Positions 16,221 to 22,926 of a stretch of 64,000 nucleotides of DNA are shown here, one piece after another (the first letter of the stretch is position 1; the number at the start of each line of letters is the position of its first letter). The position numbers and the translations under genes were made by a program. The notes beneath the pieces were generated by a model, which was not told the origin of the DNA, ran no database searches, and saw only the letters and a list, made by a program, of their open reading frames with translations. This DNA is from Chloroflexota bacterium (GTDB lineage: Bacteria > Chloroflexota > UBA6077 > FW602-bin22 > JAMCWG01), in the NCBI GenBank assembly GCA_023475235.1, contig JAMCWG010000006.1:33377-97376 (forward strand). Direction: 5' to 3'.

Positions 16221-18272
16221 ATGGGACGCCAACTGCTGCGGCTCGGACTGACCCTTCCCCTGCTGACCGGTATCGTTATGGTAATGTTTCCCCTGGTGCC
16301 GGTGTTGGAGCGCACGGATACGGTGCGCACACAGATGCGGCGCGTCGACCATAAGCGCCGGGCCGATTTCGCCGCCGGCCAGTACGAGGGCGGCCTGGTC
16401 CTGCAGGGAGACGAGGATTCCCCCGCCCTGACGCTGGCGTCGGCCGCCGAAGGCACTTACACCTCGCCGGTTATCGAGCTGCCCCTGGCCGCCAGCTCGC
16501 TGGCCGCCCACTGGGTACAGAGTCCCGCCAGCGGAGGCAAGCTCTCCTTCGCCGTTCGCAGCAGCCCCGAGGCCACGACTTGGGGGGAATGGCAGGAGCT
16601 GGAAGGCGAGGGCACCTACAACACGGCCGGCGGGCTCGAAGTGTACTACAGCACGCTGGCCGCGGCGAACGGCGCCCGCTATGCCCAGTATCGCGTTACC
16701 CTCGCCGCCGACGGCTCGGAGCCGCCGGCCCTCCACGCGGTCGGCCTGTTCGCCTTCGATTCGGCCAGTGCACCGCCGGGGTCCGAGCTGCACCTTCGGC
16801 TGGCGCCGAGAGACGAGGCGCAGGCCGCCATCAAGCCCCTGGGCATCGTGAGCCGCAAGCAGTGGGGCGCCGACGAGCGCCTTCGCTTCGAGGCGAGCGG
16901 GGGGCCGCAGCGGGGCCTGATCTGGCCCGAGGAGGTCACGAGCGTGGAGAAGATCGTCGTCCACCACACGGCCGGGCCGAATGTGTGCTCCTCGCCGGAA
17001 GCCTACTGCCAGCGACGCTCGGTGATCGCTATCAACGATATCTATTACTACCATACCGTAGTCAATGGCTGGGGTGACATCGGCTACAACAGCCTGGTGG
17101 GCTACGATGGCCGAATCTACGAGGGCCGGCACGGCCCGGAGCCCGACTACGGCAACGAGCCGCTGGACCGGGCGGTCGTGGCCGGACACGCCCTCGGCTA
17201 CAATCAGCGGACCCACGGCATCGCCCTGATGGGCAACTTCCAGCAGGATCCAGTGCCCGACCTCGAATACGATGCGCTGGTGAAAATGGTCGGTTGGATC
17301 GTCAAGTCGAAGCTGGCGGCAGGCGGCACGATCGATCCCCTCGGCTTCTCCGGCTACCGGCTGAGCAACGGACAGACGAGCCCTGCCGTGCCCAACATCG
17401 TGGGCCATCGCGACCTCAACGACACCGAATGCCCGGGCGAGTATCTCTATCAGAAGCTGGCCGATCTGCGGGAGCGGGCCAAGCGGATGACGGAATGGCC
17501 GCCGCTACAGGTGGAATTGCGGGCTCAGCCGAAGGGCGATACGGTGAGCTATCATATCTTCGTCGATAACCACGAGCCGGAGCTGGTACGGCGTATGATC
17601 ATAAAGGGGGCGGTCCCGGCGAACACCGAGTTTGTGGACTCCTGGGCCGGCTCGCCGGGCAGCAACCGCGGGGCCTTCGACGGCTCGGTGGTCACCTGGA
17701 TCGATCCCGACGCCAAGCTCACCCCCGGGCGCGACCGGCGGGAATACGTGTTCGTCGTGCGCCCGCGCCCCGGCGTGTCCCGCGCTGAGGTGAAGACCAC
17801 GGCCTGGGTCGAGTTCGCCGAGCCGGTGCGCGGCGTCGCTATGTCGGATGCGGTGAGCGCCAACCAGCCCGTCGAGGCCATCGCAGCCCCGAAGGTCGGC
17901 GGCCGGGAGAGCTGGAAGGGCGACTGGCCCGTCTCCCGCAACGTCTCCGATTACTACGGCGACGCCTACCAGGTACATCCGGCGGGAAGCGGCAGTGCCA
18001 GCTACACCTGGGAGGTGAATCTGTACGAGCCCGGCTCCTACGAGGTGTTCGCCTGGTGGACGGCGGCCCCCGATCGTGCGATGGATGCTCCGTTCGTCGT
18101 GCACGCGCGGGATGGCGCCCATCCGGTGCGGGTTAGCCAGCAGGAGCGCGGCGCGCGGTGGGTGAGCCTGGGGACTTACTCCTTCGACGCGGGCCCCGCG
18201 CGTGTGTCATTGAGCGACGATGCCAACGGCGTGGTAATCGCCGACGCCGTCCGGTTTCAAAAGAGGCCCTAG
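16221..18272 (+). CDS. N-acetylmuramoyl-L-alanine amidase (Amidase_2/PGRP type) with extra N- and C-terminal domains
   Basis: AAGGAG RBS. The amidase core includes VVHHTAGPN, GWGDIGYNSLVGYDGRIYEGR and VGHRDLNDTECPG. The C-terminal ~110 aa (YTWEVNL..GSYEVFAWW...RWVSLGTYSF) resemble a golvesin-C-like beta-sandwich. Confidence 0.8.
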   Translation: MGRQLLRLGLTLPLLTGIVMVMFPLVPVLERTDTVRTQMRRVDHKRRADFAAGQYEGGLVLQGDEDSPALTLASAAEGTYTSPVIELPLAASSLAAHWVQSPASGGKLSFAVRSSPEATTWGEWQELEGEGTYNTAGGLEVYYSTLAAANGARYAQYRVTLAADGSEPPALHAVGLFAFDSASAPPGSELHLRLAPRDEAQAAIKPLGIVSRKQWGADERLRFEASGGPQRGLIWPEEVTSVEKIVVHHTAGPNVCSSPEAYCQRRSVIAINDIYYYHTVVNGWGDIGYNSLVGYDGRIYEGRHGPEPDYGNEPLDRAVVAGHALGYNQRTHGIALMGNFQQDPVPDLEYDALVKMVGWIVKSKLAAGGTIDPLGFSGYRLSNGQTSPAVPNIVGHRDLNDTECPGEYLYQKLADLRERAKRMTEWPPLQVELRAQPKGDTVSYHIFVDNHEPELVRRMIIKGAVPANTEFVDSWAGSPGSNRGAFDGSVVTWIDPDAKLTPGRDRREYVFVVRPRPGVSRAEVKTTAWVEFAEPVRGVAMSDAVSANQPVEAIAAPKVGGRESWKGDWPVSRNVSDYYGDAYQVHPAGSGSASYTWEVNLYEPGSYEVFAWWTAAPDRAMDAPFVVHARDGAHPVRVSQQERGARWVSLGTYSFDAGPARVSLSDDANGVVIADAVRFQKRP

Positions 18273-18312
18273 CCGCGCCCTTTGGCCCGTTGCGGCCTCC
18301 GCGGCGCGGCTT

Positions 18313-18471
18313 CTATGGCTCCAGAACGCCCTCGGTCTGTCCCTCGACGGCGACGCGGACCTCCCGGACCGTCGAAAACTGCTTGAGGGTACTGACGATC
18401 TGGTCGTGGAGCAGCTTCACCATCAGCGGTCCGCCCTCGTAAGCCTGCATTTCCAGTGAAGTCATTTGCAT
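18313..18471 (-). pseudogene. orphan 52-codon ORF resembling the C-terminal end of a GerMN domain
   Basis: Hand translation gives MQMTSLEMQAYEGGPLMVKLLHDQIVSTLKQFSTVREVRVAVEGQTEGVLEP*. The pattern TLxQFxTVxxVxVxVxG....L.P is typical of GerMN ends. Stops occur immediately upstream, so it is probably a remnant. Confidence 0.25.
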
Positions 18472-18720
18472 TTGGGTCGATTCTGTAATTGATGGGCCGT
18501 GCTAGTCCTTGGTAACAACATGCACAATTACAGGCAGCAATACGTGCAATTCGACTGACAGATATGCTATATTGAAGTCTAGTATAGCACTATCGGGTTA
18601 TATAATGACCTACTTGGGTACCTACCCTACAGGGCGGCTGACCAAGTGAATGGCTGGACGGCCGATAGGCCGGTAGCGGGGGGCTGCTCGATGCGGCCGT
18701 CTCGGCAGCGGGAAGTGAAG

Positions 18721-19758
18721 ATGTCAGCGCTGGGACTGTTCTGGAATAGGGTGGAGGGCCGGCCGCGCGCCTTCTGGCGGCTCCTGGCGCAGTCCGTTAT
18801 GTTTCTGGTGGCCATTGTCGTGTTCGGAGTCCTTAGCTCCGCCTTTGCGCTGGCGTTTCTTACCCGGACTGGAGGCACTCCTCTAAGCATCGCCGACCCG
18901 GCTGCGCTAAGGGAAGTCGCTGGCAAGTCCCCCCTCTTCATGGCGCTGAACATCGTCGGCTCTCTCCTGGCGGCTGTCGTCAGTGTGGGCGTGGCTGTTC
19001 GCCTGCTGGACCGCCGGCCCTTCGCCGACCTGGGATTTCATTTTGACAGGGACTGGTGGCTGGACCTGGCGTTCGGCCTGGGTCTGGGCGCGCTGCTGAT
19101 GGTGATGATCTTCCTGGTCGAGTGGGCCCTGGGGTGGGTGAGCGTCACTAGCACCCTGGAGCCCGGCCCTTCCGGGCTGCCCTTCGGACTGGCCGTCCTG
19201 GGGGGCCTCGTCGGATTCGTGGGGGTAGGCATCTACGAGGAGCTGTTTTCCCGCGGCTATCAGTTGCGAAACCTGGCCGAGGGGCTGAACTTCGACGGCA
19301 TCGGCCCCGCGGGGGCGCTCGTGCTGGCCTGGCTGATATCCTCGGCCGTCTTCGGCCTGCTTCACGCCGGCAATCCCAATGCCACCCTCGTCAGCATACT
19401 CAATCTGCTGGTAGCTGGGCTGTTCCTGGGTCTCGGGTTTGTGCTGACCGGCGAGCTGGCGATCTCCATCGGGCTTCACATCACCTGGAACTTCTTTCAG
19501 GGATACGTGTTTGGCTTTCCGGTCAGTGGGCTCGCCCGCTCGGCCAGCTTCATTGCCATCGCCCAGGGCGGCCCCGAAGGGTGGACGGGGGGCGCCTTCG
19601 GGCCGGAAGCGGGGATCGTTGGTCTAGCCGCCACCGTTGTCGGCGGTCTGCTAACCGTTGCCTGGGTGCGCCGCCACTACGGCTGTGTCGGCTTGTATAC
19701 ATCTCTGGCCCGGTATTCGCGGGGGGCACCGCAAAAGGGCCCATCAGGTCTCGATTGA
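18721..19758 (+). CDS. CPBP family intramembrane glutamic endopeptidase (CAAX protease-like)
   Basis: Multi-TM protein with the EELFSRGY, FGLLH and HITWNF motifs. ATG 18721 is preferred over the track start at 18646. Confidence 0.8.
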   Translation: MSALGLFWNRVEGRPRAFWRLLAQSVMFLVAIVVFGVLSSAFALAFLTRTGGTPLSIADPAALREVAGKSPLFMALNIVGSLLAAVVSVGVAVRLLDRRPFADLGFHFDRDWWLDLAFGLGLGALLMVMIFLVEWALGWVSVTSTLEPGPSGLPFGLAVLGGLVGFVGVGIYEELFSRGYQLRNLAEGLNFDGIGPAGALVLAWLISSAVFGLLHAGNPNATLVSILNLLVAGLFLGLGFVLTGELAISIGLHITWNFFQGYVFGFPVSGLARSASFIAIAQGGPEGWTGGAFGPEAGIVGLAATVVGGLLTVAWVRRHYGCVGLYTSLARYSRGAPQKGPSGLD

Positions 19759-20069
19759 ATAGCTCTTTACCAAATCTTTTCCGAAAGAGTACGCGTTCTA
19801 CACGATCCTAGGCTTGGTTCTTATTCGTTGGGATAGTAATCTTGAGCCGGATCAAGCGAGGATGCACAAGTTGGGATAGGACCGTTGTTCTAATGAGCGG
19901 ACATACTACAGTTGGAAGGAATGAGGAACTGAGGTGACACCCTGTTGGCCGCGACCATGCGGCACACGTAGGGTGCAATCGAAGGAGCGGGCGTTGCACG
20001 CTCCGCGTGAGGGGCTGCCAGCCCTATTGTGTCTCGCCGGGCCAACAGTAGCCTAGAGAAGGGCTCGAA

Positions 20070-21086
20070 ATGGAACTATCCGATAGCAGCACAGACAACA
20101 ACGTGGACCCATCGAAGATTCTGCGGCTCGACTCCGTCTGGTACAAGGAGCCTGACCCTCAGTTCGAGCAGCTTACCGATAACATAATCTTCCGCGTCAG
20201 GGAGCTGCAGCGGAAGAACAGCGAATTGGTCGGGCTTGGCAAGAGAAACGCAGAACTGCTGCTAGCGCTTCAGCAGTCCCTCGAAAGAGTCGCCGAGGCC
20301 CAGCGCACGACCCTCGCCCATCGTGATATGGCGCAGATTGTCATTATGACGGTAGGGCAGATGCTGGAGAGGGCAGACGACGCAATCAGCCTGATGCAGG
20401 TCGCGATGAAGCACGAGTACGCCCACGGATACGGCGAAGTCATCCGCCGGACGACGGCGCTGCAGAAGGAGATCGATTCGCTGCTCGAAGGCGAGGGAGA
20501 CGAGGAGCTCGTCCAGGACGAAGGGGAGGTCCAGCGCAGGACTGCCGAGTTCTTCCGACAAGCCGGCAATTCTATTCTGTCCATCGCCGGCCTGCTGCAG
20601 GAGCTCCTCGCGGAGCGGGAGCACAGTCAGCGGCAGCAGCCGGTTGGGGAGAAGGTGGACGAGGCCCGCCGGACCGCTGCGCCGAGATCAGATGTTCCCA
20701 CCCCTGCTGACCAGCCCGCCGACGATGATCGGGTTACAGGCGCAGTCCGTCACAAGGGCGCGTCGGCTGGCGCTGCGTCCGTGCCGGAGCCTGCGGGCGA
20801 TGCCCAGGATATCGAGATCGTGGCATCTCCGCTGGGCAGCCTCGCCGCCCTGACGGCATTCTGCAAAGCGGTGCGGGAAGTTGCCGGCGTCATCGAGATG
20901 AAAACGGAAGACTTCGACAGGGATACGCTCCGGCTCAAAGTCCGGTACTCCGGCAGGGGCCCGCTGGCGAGCCTGTTGATGAAGCTGCCTGGGTTCAGCG
21001 TACGCCTCGTGCAATTGGGCGTGGGCCGGGTCGTGATCGGGATCGGGGCCAGGCGGCCGGTGGCAGCGGGTTGGAAGGCAAGCTGA
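20070..21086 (+). CDS. hypothetical protein: coiled-coil N-terminal region, disordered linker, ~85-aa C-terminal domain shared with the next gene
   Basis: 338 aa. The N-terminal half is heptad-like and helical, followed by a Pro/Ala/Asp linker. The C-terminal domain (about 20802-21060) aligns with the C-terminus of ORF 21103-22221. Confidence 0.55.
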   Translation: MELSDSSTDNNVDPSKILRLDSVWYKEPDPQFEQLTDNIIFRVRELQRKNSELVGLGKRNAELLLALQQSLERVAEAQRTTLAHRDMAQIVIMTVGQMLERADDAISLMQVAMKHEYAHGYGEVIRRTTALQKEIDSLLEGEGDEELVQDEGEVQRRTAEFFRQAGNSILSIAGLLQELLAEREHSQRQQPVGEKVDEARRTAAPRSDVPTPADQPADDDRVTGAVRHKGASAGAASVPEPAGDAQDIEIVASPLGSLAALTAFCKAVREVAGVIEMKTEDFDRDTLRLKVRYSGRGPLASLLMKLPGFSVRLVQLGVGRVVIGIGARRPVAAGWKAS

Positions 21087-21102
21087 GCCGCAACACAGAC
21101 GA

Positions 21103-22221
21103 TTGGAACGAATGGTCAAGGTGGTGATGGAAGACAAGTCAGCCTTGGACAGGGTGAGGGTCCTCATCGTCGGCGATGATGATGGAGCATGCCAATTGCT
21201 CCATCTCGTCCTGCACAAGGATGCCAGGATAGCGGTGGTCGGCCAGGCCTCGGGCACCAGAGATGTAACGCAACTCACCTCGGCCGTCTCGCCAGACGTC
21301 GCTCTGGTAGACCTGGATGCCACCGATCAGACGACGCTGGCGGCGCTCAAGTCGGCCAAGCAGCAGATGGGGTCGGTTATGTTGGTGGGGCTGGCCGGCA
21401 ATCTCAATTCTGCCAGGACATCGCCCGGTGAGTTTGATGCTATGCTGGACAAGCGAGAGCCTCTGGATAAGCTGCTGACGAGTCTCAGCGATATCGGCGC
21501 CAGGCACCGGCACGAGCCGGTGACGCCGGAGCGCCGGGCGGACCCTGCGCCCGAAGCGCCAGAGAACAATGACGGAGGACCCGTTCCCCTGGCGCCGCGT
21601 CCCGTCGCCGTGCATACGACGGCTACGCCGGAGGGGGAAAAAGCTGCGGACACGAAGGTCACAGGCGAGCCCCCGGCAGTCCGGGCCGGCGCGGTCATCA
21701 GGCCGGGCGATGGGACGGCCGCTTCACATACGGAAGGTCGTACAGAAGGTGGCCGCGCTGAACGCATCGAAGGGGTGACGTCCGCCCTGTTTACCGGCCC
21801 CGCCGCTCCGCAATCGAGCCAACCTCAGCCGGGGGCAGACCCGCACCTGACCGTCGCTGCCAGTCCGGCAGGGTCGGCCGAGCCGGCGCCGGTGGTTGCG
21901 GCCAATTCTGCCGCCGTGAACGGCCAGATAACGCCGATATTGGTGGAGCTCAGCGTCTCCCAGTTCGGGAGCTTCCGCACGCTGTCCGCCTTTCACGCCG
22001 CGCTCGAAGGGCTGAGCGATATCCTTATGGCCAAGATACGGCGGTTCCACCGGGGGACGCTGTACGAGGTCGTGCGATACGCCGGGACGGCCCCGCTGGA
22101 AGAGCGCCTGAAGGAGCTGACGCAGTACCAGCCGACGCTCGTCGCCAGCCGGCCGGGCAGCATTGAGCTGCGAATCAAGTCCAGCGACGACCGCACCCTA
22201 GAAGCGTCTACGCCTGATTGA
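21103..22221 (+). CDS. receiver (REC)-like domain protein with long disordered linker and the same ~85-aa C-terminal domain
   Basis: The N-terminus VRVLIVGDDDGACQ...PDVALVDLDATD has the acidic pocket and phospho-acceptor Asp positions of CheY-like receivers. The conserved T/S position is Gly (LVGLAG). No DNA-binding output domain is present. Confidence 0.6.
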   Translation: MERMVKVVMEDKSALDRVRVLIVGDDDGACQLLHLVLHKDARIAVVGQASGTRDVTQLTSAVSPDVALVDLDATDQTTLAALKSAKQQMGSVMLVGLAGNLNSARTSPGEFDAMLDKREPLDKLLTSLSDIGARHRHEPVTPERRADPAPEAPENNDGGPVPLAPRPVAVHTTATPEGEKAADTKVTGEPPAVRAGAVIRPGDGTAASHTEGRTEGGRAERIEGVTSALFTGPAAPQSSQPQPGADPHLTVAASPAGSAEPAPVVAANSAAVNGQITPILVELSVSQFGSFRTLSAFHAALEGLSDILMAKIRRFHRGTLYEVVRYAGTAPLEERLKELTQYQPTLVASRPGSIELRIKSSDDRTLEASTPD

Positions 22222-22674
22222 CTACCGGCAGCAGGCTGGCTCGGGCTCGAACTGCAGCCGGGTGACGATCTGTTCGTCATAGAGGGGTCCAACGGCACCG
22301 CACACGGGGGCAGGGTGTTTCGATTATCGAGATGAGAGTGTTGAATGGGAACCAATGAATCGCGGACTGTCCCCACTCGGCCCAAGTCATGCCCGACCTG
22401 TGGGGCGCATAGGGCTTGATTCGAGGCCAAAATAGGGATGGCCTTCGTCGTTCTCATTCTATTCAACACTCTCCGAGATCGGGCTTGCGTTTTCGTAGGG
22501 GCGCACCCGCGTGTGCGCCCTGGCGCCAATCGAGCCCAACTCTCCAGGGCCGACACGCGGGTCGGCCCCTACAGATTACTACAGATTACGTCGAATAATC
22601 GAAAGACCCTGCCACGGGAGGGCAGGCCTCTTGACCAAATTGTATGAGGGCCGACGCATTGAACAGCCGGATGG

Positions 22675-22926
22675 GTGAATAGTGGGGGTGTATGGTCCGT
22701 GGACGATGGGTTGGGCATTGTCAGTATCTTTCTTGTTCTTGCACGCGTCTTCGCCGTCATCGTCGTCTGGCTGCTTATGTTCATCGGTGTTTTCACAGGA
22801 TATCTGACCATACCGCTGGTGATGCTGGCCGTTTTTGTGGCCGTGCTGGCGTTGCCAGATATCCTCAAGCATTACCGAAAGCTCATCCCCAGGCGCTGGA
22901 GGACGCCGCCACGCAATGATCTCTAG
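22675..22926 (+). CDS. small 2-TM membrane protein (putative first gene of the EPS operon)
   Basis: 83 aa with two clear hydrophobic helices. Its end overlaps the ATG at 22916 of the synthase. No family recognised. Confidence 0.4.
   Translation: MNSGGVWSVDDGLGIVSIFLVLARVFAVIVVWLLMFIGVFTGYLTIPLVMLAVFVAVLALPDILKHYRKLIPRRWRTPPRNDL

Noticed and set aside
16203-17408. 401-aa minus-strand ORF
   Set aside because: It is antisense to the amidase gene, which has clear Amidase_2 motifs, and its composition is typical of shadow ORFs.
18572-18606. TTGAAG ... TATAAT as promoter of the CPBP gene
   Set aside because: The hexamers are 23 nt apart, too far for a sigma-70-type promoter. TATAAT alone is insufficient, so it is not reported as a feature.
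22222-22674. c-di-GMP (GEMM-I/II) riboswitch upstream of the EPS operon
   Set aside because: It would be attractive given the operon content, but I could not find the conserved GEMM landmarks by eye. The region is kept only as an unassigned structured leader.
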